The notes: generated by a model from the sequence alone, not told the origin. Shown: positions 21,101 to 32,039, numbered from the stretch's first letter. The stretch: 64,000 nt of DNA from Nitrospirota bacterium (GCA_963796285.1 CAWCKW010000012.1:640001-704000); one strand, 5' to 3'. A program made the numbers and translations.

Positions 21101-21575
21101 AGAGCTTAAAGAAATGGGGATCGTCGAAGAGCGGACCGCCGATATCGCAGAGGTTATCGCACTGGTGACACGGGCGGAACGCGATCTGGCAACGAGCAAG
21201 GGGTTATATGATAAGGATGAAGAGTGGGCCTTTGCAGCCGCTTACCAGTCGATGGCCCGTTCAGGCAAGGCGCTCATTCTATCCGAGGGATTACGGCCAA
21301 AAGGGGTCCGGGGCAGGGATGCACAAAAGACCTTGGTAACAGCAGCGGGTGTCATCCTTGGTGATCAATACAAGAGCCTTATCAATAAGTTCGACCGGAT
21401 GAGAAGGAAATACCAGAGCTTTGTAGAAGATGCGGGCAGGATCATATCGCGGTATGAGGCAGGGCAGGCGATCAAGGATGCAGAGGAGTTTATCGCTCTC
21501 GTGAACGGACGGATTCGTGAAAAGTATTCGCAGATGTCACTGCTGAATGATGTTCCTCAGCTTGTTTCAAGATAA
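21090..21575 (+). CDS. HEPN-domain protein with degenerate active-site motif
   Basis: Overlaps the MNT stop; AERDL, WAF..AY..M, FDRMRRK helical HEPN pattern; RRKYQ in place of the R..H motif. Confidence 0.7.
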   Translation: MNYKELKEMGIVEERTADIAEVIALVTRAERDLATSKGLYDKDEEWAFAAAYQSMARSGKALILSEGLRPKGVRGRDAQKTLVTAAGVILGDQYKSLINKFDRMRRKYQSFVEDAGRIISRYEAGQAIKDAEEFIALVNGRIREKYSQMSLLNDVPQLVSR

Positions 21576-21623
21576 GGCCGCTTGGACCACAAATGCGGTA
21601 TGCCGAAAGGGGGTGGACAACTA

Positions 21624-21689
21624 ATGGCAGCCAAGAAGAAAGCAGCGAAGAAGAAAGCAACCAAGAAGAAAGCAACCAAGAAGAAGTAG
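21624..21689 (+). CDS. Lys/Ala-rich microprotein MAAKKKAAKKKATKKKATKKK (histone H1 tail-like)
   Basis: Strong RBS GAAAGGGGGTG, ATG, 21 codons, TAG, downstream GC hairpin. Confidence 0.7.
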   Translation: MAAKKKAAKKKATKKKATKKK

Positions 21690-21718
21690 CTTTTTATTGA
21701 AGTCCCTGAAGTGGGACT

Positions 21719-21749
21719 GCCGGGGGCATGAATGCCCCCGGCGCATTTT
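21719..21749 (+). terminator. Intrinsic terminator-like hairpin
   Basis: gccgggggca-tgaa-tgcccccggc followed by a short T run. Confidence 0.65.
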
Positions 21750-21845
21750 ACCCAGATAATGTTTCATAATAATATCCGGACTCATGCATCTCTTCAACGC
21801 ATCATTACTATTCTATTTCTTTTATTGAAAGGGGGTGAAGAATCC

Positions 21846-21902
21846 ATGGCGACGAAGAAAGCCCCGGCAAAGAAGGCGAAGAAGACCACAAAAAAGAAAT
21901 AA
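21846..21902 (+). CDS. Lys/Ala-rich microprotein MATKKAPAKKAKKTTKKK (histone H1 tail-like)
   Basis: Same RBS GAAAGGGGGTG, ATG, 18 codons, TAA, downstream terminator. Confidence 0.7.
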   Translation: MATKKAPAKKAKKTTKKK

Positions 21903-21942
21903 GGTGACAGATAGTTATGCATTACCAATGATTGAATCTCTG

Positions 21943-21973
21943 CCACGAAGATGGTCTTCGTGGTTTTGTTTTT
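21943..21973 (+). terminator. Intrinsic terminator
   Basis: ccacgaaga-tgg-tcttcgtgg followed by ttttgttttt. Confidence 0.75.
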
Positions 21974-22042
21974 CCATCGGTAGAGCATGCCCTTTCGATC
22001 TTCGGTTCAGGACGGTCGCCGACGCGGGAGACGAGCGTATCC

Positions 22043-22376
22043 ATGCGTAAAAAGAACTATATAAAGACTGAACGGAGTGCCAAGATCGTCCTCTGGAAAA
22101 ATCTCCTCATCGCGGCAGGAATTCTTCTTTTACTCTACTTTCTGGTTACGCGCGTCATGGGAGAGATGGGAGTGGTAAAATATTACCGGATGAAGGCGCA
22201 ATATTATGCCCTCACGGAAGAGATCGCCAAACTCAAACAGGACAACGTTCAGACTCAGGAAGGATGTAGACTCTCTCAAAAACGATCCCGCGTACCTGGA
22301 GCGGATTGCACGCGATAAACTGGGACTTGCGCGTCCTGGAGAGATAGTGTACTATTATGGCAGCCGTGAGCGTTGA
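22043..22376 (+). CDS. ftsB: Septum formation initiator FtsB/DivIC family; frameshift near 22255
   Basis: TM plus coiled coil, then LKNDPAYLERIARDKLGLARPGEIVY in a second frame. Confidence 0.75.
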
Positions 22377-22494
22377 AATTATGAAGTATCAATGAACAAA
22401 ATCCAAATAAGCTTCAAATTCCAATCATCAACATGTTTGTACTGTGGTTATCGGAATGTATTTGATATTTGGCTGGATCTTGCATCTCCTGCCC

Positions 22495-24707
22495 ATGTCT
22501 GATCATCCTCTCACATAGCCTTCGTCTGGCACATGCACCAGCCTTACTATAAGGACGATATCACGGGCTCCTATATCCTGCCCTGGGTGCGAATGCACGG
22601 CATCAAGGACTACTACGACATGCCTGCTCTCCTTGACCGATTTTCCCGATATCCACCAGACGTTCAATCTTGTTCCTTCGCTCCTCAAGCAGATCCAGGA
22701 CTACGTGGAGAACAGTGCTACGGACAAGTTCCTTACCCTGACGCTCAAGCCGGCAGCGGAACTTGATCAGGACGACAAACTGGCCTGCTGAAGAACTCCT
22801 TCATGGCGAACTGGGACACCATGATCAAGCCTTATCCTGCCTACTGGCAGCTGCTCGACCGCCGGGGCTACAGTGTTTCTCCAAACGACCTTTTGAATGC
22901 CACTCGCTACTTTACCACGCAGGACTATCTCGACCTCCAGGTCTGGTTCAATCTCACCTGGTTCGATCCGCTTTTTAAGAACAATGACCCGTTCCTCAAG
23001 GGGTTGGTGCAGAAGGGATCGGGATTCACCGAGAACGAGAAGGTGCTCCTCATCCAGAAGCAGCGCGAGGTGATGGCGCTCATCATCCCGGAGTACAAAC
23101 GGCTTGCTGAGATCGGCAGGATCGAGCTCACGACCACTCGCCTTTTATCACCCGATCCTGCCGCTCCTGTACGACACTGATCTTGCAAAGGTGGCGATTC
23201 CCGATATCCATCTTCCCGGTGAACCGCTTTGCACACCCCGAGGACGCCAAAGTCCAGATCGAGAGGGCGATGGCTTACCACGAGAAGCTCTTCGGTTCAC
23301 GGCCCGCGGGCATGTGGCCTGCCGAGGGATCGGTGGCCGAGGAGATCTCCCGATGATAGCCGATGCCGGGATACAGTGGATCGGGACGGACGAGGGAGTG
23401 CTTGCCCGTTCTCTCGGAATCCACATCGATCGCGATTTCGCCGGGGTCATGAAGAACCCCGAGGTGCTTTACAAACCCTACCTTGCGGGCAAAGGAGATA
23501 AACGCATCTCAATCGTGTTCCGCGACCATACCCTTTCCGACCTTATCGGTTTTGTGTATTCCAAATGGGATTACAAGAACGCGGTGCATGATCTGATCGA
23601 ACGTCTTCATCGCGTGCGACGCGGACTGACGAACGGTCCGCACCTGGTCTCGATCATCCTTGACGGCGAGAATGCCTGGGAATATTACCAGAACGACGGC
23701 AGGGACTTCTTCCTCTATCTCTATGAGACGGCTTAGTGGTGAGCCGGGACTCAGGTGTGTGACCGTTGGAGAATATCTCAAGGAGAATCCGGCGCAGACG
23801 AGCATTGAACATCTCCACGCAGGCTCGTGGATCAATGCAAACTATCGCGTCTGGATCGGACACGAGGAGGACAATCGGGCTTGGGACCTCCTGTCGCAGA
23901 CGCGCCGGGCGCTGACGGAGTATGCGTCAGGGGACGGGGATGCGGATGCGGACAAGATAGTGAAGGCATGGGAGGAGATCTATATCGCTGAAGGGAGCGA
24001 CTGGTGCTGGTGGTACGGAGATGACCACTTTTCCGAGAACGACGAGGAGTTTGACCTTCTCTTTAGGACACATTTAATGAACGTCTATCGCATTATCGGC
24101 CTCGATGTCCCCGACGAACTCCAGATATCCATCCTGAGCGAAGACCGTCAGTCGCTGCCAACCGTGGAGCTTACGGCATTCATCAACCCGACTATCGACG
24201 GCCAGGTAACGAATTACTTTGAATGGCTGCCTGCCGGGTTCTACGACGTGGGCCAGGGCGGGGGGGCTATGCATCGGGGCTCCTCCATCATCATGCATAT
24301 CTATTACGGTTTCGACCTCACAAACATGTTCGTGCGCCTCGACCCGAGCGGAAGCCTCAGGGATGAAAAGGTTGCCGAACTCGCGTTCTTCATTAACTTC
24401 CTGAGTCCCAAAGGCCTTGATGTGGAAGTGCGGATAGTGCCGCAGGAGCGACGGGTAAACGCCGTACTCTCCCGCAGTGAGAACGGAACCCGGAACCAGA
24501 TTGCCGCGATCCACACCGTTGCCGCGAACGATATCATCGAGCTCGCCGTACCCTTCAACCTGCTCGGTGTCAAGCCGAACGATGAGGTACATCTCGTCGT
24601 CACTGTTGAGCATGCCGGCTCCGAGGTGGAAAAGTGGCCCTACCGCGGGTATATCCGAGTTCAAGGTCCCGACCGACGACTTTGAGGCCATGATGTGGCA
24701 GGTGTAG
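22495..24707 (+). CDS. Glycoside hydrolase family 57 (amylopullulanase-like); several frameshifts
   Basis: [38 protein letters not shown] and AEGSDWCWW spread over consecutive frames. Confidence 0.85.
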
Positions 24708-24910
24708 TTTATAGGCATCGCAATGGAATAACCTACGTGCAGGCCTTGGTACTTTTGTTGTCGCGTTACAAATGGTAGCTCAAATAAAAATGGACGCACT
24801 TTGTATGTTAACCTCCTATTTCGCAATGACACGTCAAAGATTAAATCCATCTTCATGGTAATCCGTATTAACGGTTGACTTCCCAAGCACACCTTGCTAA
24901 AATACCGAAA

Positions 24911-25836
24911 ATGCTACGATTATTTGGGAGAAAACCCCATCTGGGGATCGAGATAACTGGTAAATCAGTGAGGGTTGCGGTCGTATCGGGTTGCGGTGAT
25001 AACTTCTCCGCGCTTTTTACGAAAGCCACTGATTTGCCTGCCGGTATGGTGAGCGAGGCCTACGCATCGCCGAACATTAAAGACTTTTACCATTTGAACG
25101 CTGTATTGCGAGAGTGCCTGGCCGATGCTCCTTCAGGCATACGCCGGGCGGCCTTAAGTCTGCCCGATGGCGTTTTCCGCGTTCAGACGATGGAGTTCGA
25201 AGAACTTCCGGGCACGGCCGAGGACCGGGAACGGCTGATCCGCTGGCGGCTCGAGAAAGGGGCCGCCTTCGACATTGCCGAAACTGCTCTCCGGTATCAG
25301 ATACTCGGACGACAGGACAAAGGGTTTACCTTACTGTCCTGCGTTGCCAAACAGGCTGTGATCGCTCAGTATGAGTCGCTCCTCATCGGGCTGGGACTCG
25401 AGCCCTGGACGATAGGTCCCTCGTCTTTTCATGCGCTTGAACTTTTATTCCTCGTACCTCACGAAAAAATCCGCGGTTTCCGCGCTGGCCCACCTCTCCG
25501 AGGATACTTTTGCGACGATTATTTTGGAATGCGAACGGGGTACAGTTCTACCGTTACAAGGATGTGAAGCGGGGAAGTTCGGAGGACATCCGCAGCAGGC
25601 TCATGCGCGAGATAGACGATTCGCTTCATTTCTTTACTCATATGGACCATTTGCAGCAGCCCGAGATCCAGTACCTCTATCTCACCGGGGAGTCTATCGT
25701 ATCCGAGCTGGCCGAAGGACTGAGGACCATGACGTCACTCAATATTGAGGTGCTTTCGCCCGCGGTTGCGGCCCTGTCCGCCGAAGGCATCGGACCCGAG
25801 ATGGCCGCGACTTTGGGAGCTGGGAGTTCTCTATGA
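24911..25836 (+). CDS. PilM/GspL-like actin-fold assembly protein; frameshifted
   Basis: LGIEITGKSVR start; first gene of the PilMNO-secretin-pseudopilin cluster. Confidence 0.7.
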
Positions 25837-26379
25837 TCCAGATAAACTTTGCCAGCAGAAATTACCGGCTGATCGGAAGGATCCAATCTGCACTGATAGC
25901 GGGGATCATCATCCTCGTTGCTATTACGGCGGGAATGCTCTGGACCATCATGTCACTCCGTGCGAACATTTCCTTCATGGACAGGAAGATTCAGCAGCTT
26001 GAGGCGGCAGAGGCACTGGCCCGGCCAGAGATGTTGGAGCGTGAGCAGCTTGTGAAAGACCTGACCGCGATGTCGGGCCTGACTGGAATCGCGAAAAATG
26101 TCATGGACAAGGCTTCTGACGAGCATTGAGGCCGTCGTACCGGTTGGTGTGGCGCTTAGGCATATGGAATTCAATCCTAAAGACTCCACGCTGACACTGA
26201 ACGGAATGGCGCGTTCTCCGGAGTCGCTTCGAAATCTGGTGGTTGCGATGGAAAAGGCTGCGCAATTCAAATCTCCGTCTCTCAAACATCAGTCTCTGGA
26301 AAAGGGGAGTATTTCATTTAATGTGGTTGCCGTCTATCGGGAAGATAACCGTCCTGTTGTGGCTCAGGGAAAACAGTAA
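25833..26379 (+). CDS. PilN-domain protein; frameshift near 26085
   Basis: MIQINFAS, TM, coiled coil, SWTRLL..IE..VP..V.L..LTLNG.A. Confidence 0.75.
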
Positions 26380-26866
26380 ACAGTTGCGGACGGCTGCGAT
26401 CTCATTCGCGGTTCTCGTCTGTATAAACCTGGCGCTGTACTTTTTTCTCATTGCTCCTTTTGTCAACGGGATTAAGACCGGCGAAGCAAGGTCTGCCGCG
26501 CTCAGGCAACGGCATGCAGAGACACTGCGGTTCAAGGAACAGAAACCGCTCTTCGCAGGTCTCCTGTCAGGGATCCCGGCGCAGAAAGACATGCCGCTGC
26601 TTGTGAAAGAGTTGGTGCAAATGGCGCGGAGGCTGAACCTGGCAGTGGACGCGATCAACTACGACATCCCCCGGCGGGAGAGCGGGGAACTCGCCATGCT
26701 GTCATTTTCGTTTCCCGTCGAGGGCAGTTATTCTAATATCAAACGATTCATCTATGAGGTGGAGACTTCCGGCCGGCTCATCGGGATACAGGACCTGAAC
26801 CTGGAGTCGGATAAGGGCACAGTAAAGCTGCAGATGAAACTGATGATCTATGTGAGAGGGAACTAA
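26357..26866 (+). CDS. PilO/GspM-like protein (start approximate)
   Basis: TM plus FPVEGSYSNIKRFIYEVE motif. Confidence 0.75.
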   Translation: MWLRENSKQLRTAAISFAVLVCINLALYFFLIAPFVNGIKTGEARSAALRQRHAETLRFKEQKPLFAGLLSGIPAQKDMPLLVKELVQMARRLNLAVDAINYDIPRRESGELAMLSFSFPVEGSYSNIKRFIYEVETSGRLIGIQDLNLESDKGTVKLQMKLMIYVRGN

Positions 26867-26874
26867 GAGCGCCG

Positions 26875-27600
26875 ATGAAATTAACGCAGGCTCAGCAAAC
26901 GTCTGTCCTTATGGTGATGGTCGTGGTCCTTGTACTCCTCATCGGCTACCGAATTATGAACGAAGAAAAACCGAAGACCGCGCCGCTTACTTATCAGCGT
27001 GGTGCGGTCGCCAACTCGCCGGTACGGCAGGGTCTGTCGGCCCGGAGGGCAGGCGCGGACCCAGTGAACGCCTTCCTGGAGCGGCGTGGTGAAAAGTTCC
27101 CGGGCGTGCGCCGCGATATTTTCCGGATGGAGAACCCGGTTCCCAAACCAAAATTGGTGTCGCATGCAACGACGACCCCTCCGGTGCACGTAAAAACACC
27201 GGAGGAGATTGCTGCTGATGCGGCACAGGCTGCTGCTCAGGCAGTTCAGGCGGTTGCTGATGCGGCACGGGCGGATCTGAATAAGTTTAAATATCTGGGG
27301 TATCTGACAGAAAAGGACAACACGCTCTTCCTGTCCAAGGAGGGAGAGCTCTTCATCGTGAAGAAAGGAGGTACAATTCTTAAGAGCTACAAGGTCAAAG
27401 AAGTGAGCAAAAATTATGTGGTCCTGCTCGATGTCGTTACTGGCGTCGAGGTGCAGCTTGAGCTTTCTGGTTCAGAGTTGGCGACGCAGTCGCAACCGAT
27501 GACGCGACAACCACAGCAACAGGTTCCGCAGCAGCAACCGCTGACACAGACGTTGCCGCAGCAAATGAGGCCACTGCGGACACCAATACCGGGACGCTGA
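26875..27600 (+). CDS. Secretion/pilus accessory protein (PilP/GspC-like)
   Basis: TM, RDIF, FKYLGYL..LFL..ELFIVKKG; Gln/Pro-rich tail; gene context. Confidence 0.55.
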   Translation: MKLTQAQQTSVLMVMVVVLVLLIGYRIMNEEKPKTAPLTYQRGAVANSPVRQGLSARRAGADPVNAFLERRGEKFPGVRRDIFRMENPVPKPKLVSHATTTPPVHVKTPEEIAADAAQAAAQAVQAVADAARADLNKFKYLGYLTEKDNTLFLSKEGELFIVKKGGTILKSYKVKEVSKNYVVLLDVVTGVEVQLELSGSELATQSQPMTRQPQQQVPQQQPLTQTLPQQMRPLRTPIPGR

Positions 27601-27865
27601 CGATAACCAGAAGTAAGAACAGAACAATGACATCAAATGGTTCATAAAAGCACAGAGGGTACGGCAAACATCTTCATCGATGTTCAATACGTAAGAAATG
27701 AAGGATGGGCGAAGAGAGATATTGGTTCGTTCTTGATCATCGTCTATCCACCATTTTTGCCGCCTCTGTCTTTTTTATGTTCACTGTTTCTCTATAATAA
27801 TCGGTACTCTTTCGCTTCAGATTCGTCCTGTTCGGGTCAAAACAGCAGACGTTAGGAGGGGGATA

Positions 27866-30211
27866 ATGAAAAGGGTTGAACTGTGGCTCATGATCAGTTT
27901 TTTGATCGCGGTGCTCTCGGGCTGCGCGGGTTCTCAGGCGTACCAGCGCGGTGAGCGGTATGCTCAGCGCGGCGAGTGGGATCTGGCCGTGAAGGAGTAT
28001 CGTAATGCAAACCGTCGGGACCCGCACGACATTGAATACCGTGCCGCAGTGATTCGGGCAGAAGAGACAGCGGCGAACCTCCACTACAATAAGGCGCGCA
28101 ATTTTTTGAAAGAGCGCAAGCTTGACCAGGCGATCACCGAGCTTCAGCAGGCCATCTTCCTGAATCCGACCAATGCCGCCATTCAGAGCGCGCTGAAGTC
28201 AGTCCTTGATATGAAACAGGCGGAAGAGCACTACCGCACAGCGCTCACCTTTATGGAGCTGGGACGGTTTGGGGAGGCCCTCAGTGAACTGAACCAATCG
28301 GTGGAACTCGATCCGGACAACGTGAAATACCATGATTCCCTTGAAAAGCTCAAGAAAGAGAGGACCGAGGTCGAACCCGATGAGGCCCTTACTCTTGCAT
28401 CGGATAAACCTATCACGATCAATTTCAAAAATACCAATATCAAGGATGTGTTCGAGTTCCTCTCCAAACTATCGGGCATCAATATCCTGTTCGACGAAGA
28501 AGTGAGGGCCCAGCCGGTGACGATTTTCGTCAAGGATGTGTCGTTCCAGTATGCCATGAAACTGCTGCTCTCAACGAACAAACTCTTCATGAAGAAAATC
28601 AGCGCTGACACCATCATTATCATCCCCAAGAACAAGGCAAAGACAGATCAATATCAGGACCTGCTGGTCAAGACCTTCTACATCAACATCGCAAAGTCGA
28701 AGGATATCGTCAACCTTCTCAAGTCCATGCTTGACGTCAAAAAAGTGTATGTGAACGAGGTGCTGAACTCCATCACGGTGCGCGAAACCCCGGATAAGAT
28801 GAAGCTTGTGGAAAAAGTGATCGCGGCAAACGACCTCAAAGAAGGGGAGGTCATTCTTGATGTCGAGATCCTCGAGATCTCCCGGACCAACGCGCTGAAA
28901 TACGGGTGGAACTTCACGCCTGGCGGCCTGTCCGCCAGCGCGTCGATCGGGTCAACAACAGGTACAACAAGTACAACAAGCGGCATCGCGCTGAGCGAAC
29001 TCAGGGGCGCGTCGAATAAAAATATATTTGTGACACTTCCGGGTGTGGTGGTGGACCTGATCAAACAGGATTCCGATGCGCAGACCCTGGCAAACCCGAG
29101 GGTTCGTGTGCTGAATAACAAAGCGGCCACATTTCTTATCGGTGAAAAAATACCGGTCCAGACATCGACCATTCAATCCACAATTGTGGGTCAGGTCACT
29201 TCCAATTTCGAATATAAGGACGTAGGCATCAAACTAAAGATCGAGCCAACGATCCATCTCAATAACACCGTTACGATCAAGCTGGGGATGGAGATCAGTA
29301 CTCTTGAGGACGCTATCTCGTTCGGAAGCGGTCAGCAGGCGTACAAGTTCGGCACCAGGTCTACGGACACTTACATAAACCTCCGTGATGGAGAAACCGT
29401 GATCATCGGAGGGCTCATCAAGGATGAGGAACGGAAGAGCAAGATAAAGATACCGATCCTCGGAGACATTCCGGTTCTGGGCAGGCTCTTCTCCCATTCG
29501 GACAACGGTACGATCAAGACAGACATTCTCATGTCGATCACGCCGAACATCGTTCGCACCATGGAACTTCCGGACAAGGATTCACAGGTGTTCTGGTCGG
29601 GAACGGAAGAGGCCTACGATACGAATCCGCTTTTTACCACGAGCGGCAAGAGCTCAAAACCATCAGATAAGTCGGTCGGCAAGACCGCGATCCTTGAATC
29701 TCTGGCAAAGCGCGAAGCGGTTGCTCCCCCTGCATCAGGTGAGCCGGCCAAGCCGGTGTCTGCAGCGTCCACAACGGATCAACCTCTTGCAGCGCAAATC
29801 TCCGTTGTGGAGATCAAGCCCGCGGAGGCGTCCATCAGTGTGGGCCAGGAGGTACGGTTCGACTTGATCGCAGGAAGCATGAAAGACCTGTATGGGGCTA
29901 TAGTGACGCTCAATTACGACCCTAAGGTCATTGAGTTCAAGATAGCGAGCGAAGGAACACTCCTTAAGAAAGATAGCCAGCAGACCTCGTTCCTATTCTC
30001 AAATAATATCAAGGCGGGGACGGTGGACATCTACATGACCCGGATCGGTGATGTGGGTGGAGTGGTCGGGAGCGGAAGTTTGTGCACGGTCGTGTTCCAG
30101 GCCAAAGCAGGTGGTGCGAGCGACGTGTCCATGAAGAGCGTGAAACTAACGAATTTCAACCGTGAGCAGATCAGGACAGAGCTCAAAGGCGCAAAAATGA
30201 GCGTGAAGTAG
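27866..30211 (+). CDS. Secretin (GspD/PilQ family) lipoprotein with TPR N-terminus and cohesin-like C-terminus
   Basis: Lipobox LSGC; TPRs; LANPRVRV, DVGIKL.IEP, GETVIIGGLI, IPILGDIPVLGRLF. Confidence 0.9.
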   Translation: MKRVELWLMISFLIAVLSGCAGSQAYQRGERYAQRGEWDLAVKEYRNANRRDPHDIEYRAAVIRAEETAANLHYNKARNFLKERKLDQAITELQQAIFLNPTNAAIQSALKSVLDMKQAEEHYRTALTFMELGRFGEALSELNQSVELDPDNVKYHDSLEKLKKERTEVEPDEALTLASDKPITINFKNTNIKDVFEFLSKLSGINILFDEEVRAQPVTIFVKDVSFQYAMKLLLSTNKLFMKKISADTIIIIPKNKAKTDQYQDLLVKTFYINIAKSKDIVNLLKSMLDVKKVYVNEVLNSITVRETPDKMKLVEKVIAANDLKEGEVILDVEILEISRTNALKYGWNFTPGGLSASASIGSTTGTTSTTSGIALSELRGASNKNIFVTLPGVVVDLIKQDSDAQTLANPRVRVLNNKAATFLIGEKIPVQTSTIQSTIVGQVTSNFEYKDVGIKLKIEPTIHLNNTVTIKLGMEISTLEDAISFGSGQQAYKFGTRSTDTYINLRDGETVIIGGLIKDEERKSKIKIPILGDIPVLGRLFSHSDNGTIKTDILMSITPNIVRTMELPDKDSQVFWSGTEEAYDTNPLFTTSGKSSKPSDKSVGKTAILESLAKREAVAPPASGEPAKPVSAASTTDQPLAAQISVVEIKPAEASISVGQEVRFDLIAGSMKDLYGAIVTLNYDPKVIEFKIASEGTLLKKDSQQTSFLFSNNIKAGTVDIYMTRIGDVGGVVGSGSLCTVVFQAKAGGASDVSMKSVKLTNFNREQIRTELKGAKMSVK

Positions 30212-30306
30212 TCAAAACGATGCGGAATGAGGAAAGACAAATGCATCCGAACCCCTTACTCTTTCCTTCAGGGGGAGGGAAAAAGGAGTGGATGGGTCTT
30301 GGCGGA

Positions 30307-30801
30307 ATGCGGAATTGCCGACATGAGGGGATCACTCTTATTGAGCTTCTCGTAGTCATCGCGATCGTTGGGATACTGGCCACGGCGGCCATGCCGTTAT
30401 CGCGCATGACAGCCAGGCGGGTAAAGGAGATTGAGCTCCGGACAAATCTCAGAGTTCTCCGCACGGCGATCGACGAATTCAAAAAGGATTGTGATGAAAA
30501 GAAGCTTTCAACGGTTGAAGGCTACTGCAAGTCCGAACAATATAACTACCCGGAGACCCTTGAGCAGTTGACTGAGCCGCTGAAGTTGGCAGGCGCAGGG
30601 GACAAAACCAGGAAATATCTTCGCAGGATCCCCCGGGACCCCTTGACCACCCTCGACTCACCGGACAAGCCGAACAACTGGGGACTGCGATCATACAGCG
30701 ACTCATCGGAGTCCACCCAGTGGGGCGAGGGGAATGTGTATGATGTATATTCAAAAAGCGAAGCGATCGCTCTCGATGGCTCCAAATTCAATACCTGGTA
30801 A
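30307..30801 (+). CDS. Type II secretion pseudopilin (GspG-like)
   Basis: Prepilin motif G|ITLIELLVV; YLRRIPRDP. Confidence 0.85.
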   Translation: MRNCRHEGITLIELLVVIAIVGILATAAMPLSRMTARRVKEIELRTNLRVLRTAIDEFKKDCDEKKLSTVEGYCKSEQYNYPETLEQLTEPLKLAGAGDKTRKYLRRIPRDPLTTLDSPDKPNNWGLRSYSDSSESTQWGEGNVYDVYSKSEAIALDGSKFNTW

Positions 30802-30817
30802 TTGATTGAGAACACAG

Positions 30818-31267
30818 ATGACGAATGTCCGGGGACAGATAACTGCGGGGAACGGTCAAAACGTTTCGAGGGGTTTCACGCTCATCGAACTCATGATCGT
30901 GATGTCGATCATGGGGATCCTTATCACCATTGCAGCGCCGAATCTCAAACAGTCCATTGTGAGGGCGCGGGAGGCGGTGCTCAGGGAAGACCTGTTCCAA
31001 ATGCGAGAGGCCATTGACCAGTATTATGCTGACCATGGCAAGTATCCGGCAGCGCTCAGCGACCTTACCAACCTGCAGGAAAAGGCCAAAAGCTACCTGC
31101 GCATCATTCCCAAAGATCCCTTTACCAATGCCGAGGACTGGATCACCGTTGCGCTTGAGGGCAGCGGGGAAGCCGGCGGAGAGGGCAGCGGAGAATCCGG
31201 CATATTTGACGTGCACAGCGCCAGCCCGCTTGTCGCGTCGGACGGCACTGCCTATAATACCTGGTAA
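30818..31267 (+). CDS. Type II secretion pseudopilin (GspG-like)
   Basis: G|FTLIELMIV; AIDQYYAD.GKYP; YLRIIPKDP. Confidence 0.88.
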   Translation: MTNVRGQITAGNGQNVSRGFTLIELMIVMSIMGILITIAAPNLKQSIVRAREAVLREDLFQMREAIDQYYADHGKYPAALSDLTNLQEKAKSYLRIIPKDPFTNAEDWITVALEGSGEAGGEGSGESGIFDVHSASPLVASDGTAYNTW

Positions 31268-31403
31268 CGCAGTCATGCTTCCGAGACGCGGTGATTTCTT
31301 GGCCGCTCATGCATATATCTCATCCTCTTTATTTATTATTCCGTCTTGCAGCCCCTTCTAAAAAAAGCTTGCAACAGCTTAGTAAAATCAGTAATATAAC
31401 GAC

Positions 31404-32039
31404 GTGAAAAAACTCAGAGATTCCTTTAAAAAATATTTTATCACCGGCCTGCTGGTGATCATTCCGATCTGGGCGACATACTATGTGCTGTCAGGACTGC
31501 TCGGTGTGATCGACAACATGCTTGGTGATCTGCCGGGTTATCTTTTGGGCTTGAAGTTCCCCGGTCTCGGGATCATCACCCTGGTTCTCTTTGTGCTCCT
31601 CGTTGGACTGCTGTCTGCCAACTATATCGGAAAAAATGTAGTTCGGTACGGCGATACTCTCATGCATCGGGTCCCGCTTGTGCGCGGGGTCTATTCCACG
31701 ATGAAAAAGATCATGGATACCTTCTCTATGAAGCATAATTTTCACGGCGTTGCACTCGTCGAGTACCCGCGCAAGGGTTGCTACAGCGTAGGGTTCATGA
31801 CCGGTGAGGTAAGGGGGGAGTCCCTGGGGTTTGAAGGCAGGTTCATAACGGTCTTCGTGCCCACCACCCCGAACCCTACTGCTGGGTTTCTTCTCATCCT
31901 TCCCGAAGCGGAGGTTAATCGCCTCGATATGACCGTTGAGCAGGGCATGAAGTTCATCGTATCGATCGGCCTTGTTTCACTCAGCGAGATCCAGGCCAAT
32001 AAACTGAATCATGCAGGACTGAAGGAATCCAGATCATGA
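31404..32039 (+). CDS. DUF502 membrane protein
   Basis: FITGLLV, PLVRGVY, FVPTTPNPTAGF. Confidence 0.88.
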   Translation: MKKLRDSFKKYFITGLLVIIPIWATYYVLSGLLGVIDNMLGDLPGYLLGLKFPGLGIITLVLFVLLVGLLSANYIGKNVVRYGDTLMHRVPLVRGVYSTMKKIMDTFSMKHNFHGVALVEYPRKGCYSVGFMTGEVRGESLGFEGRFITVFVPTTPNPTAGFLLILPEAEVNRLDMTVEQGMKFIVSIGLVSLSEIQANKLNHAGLKESRS

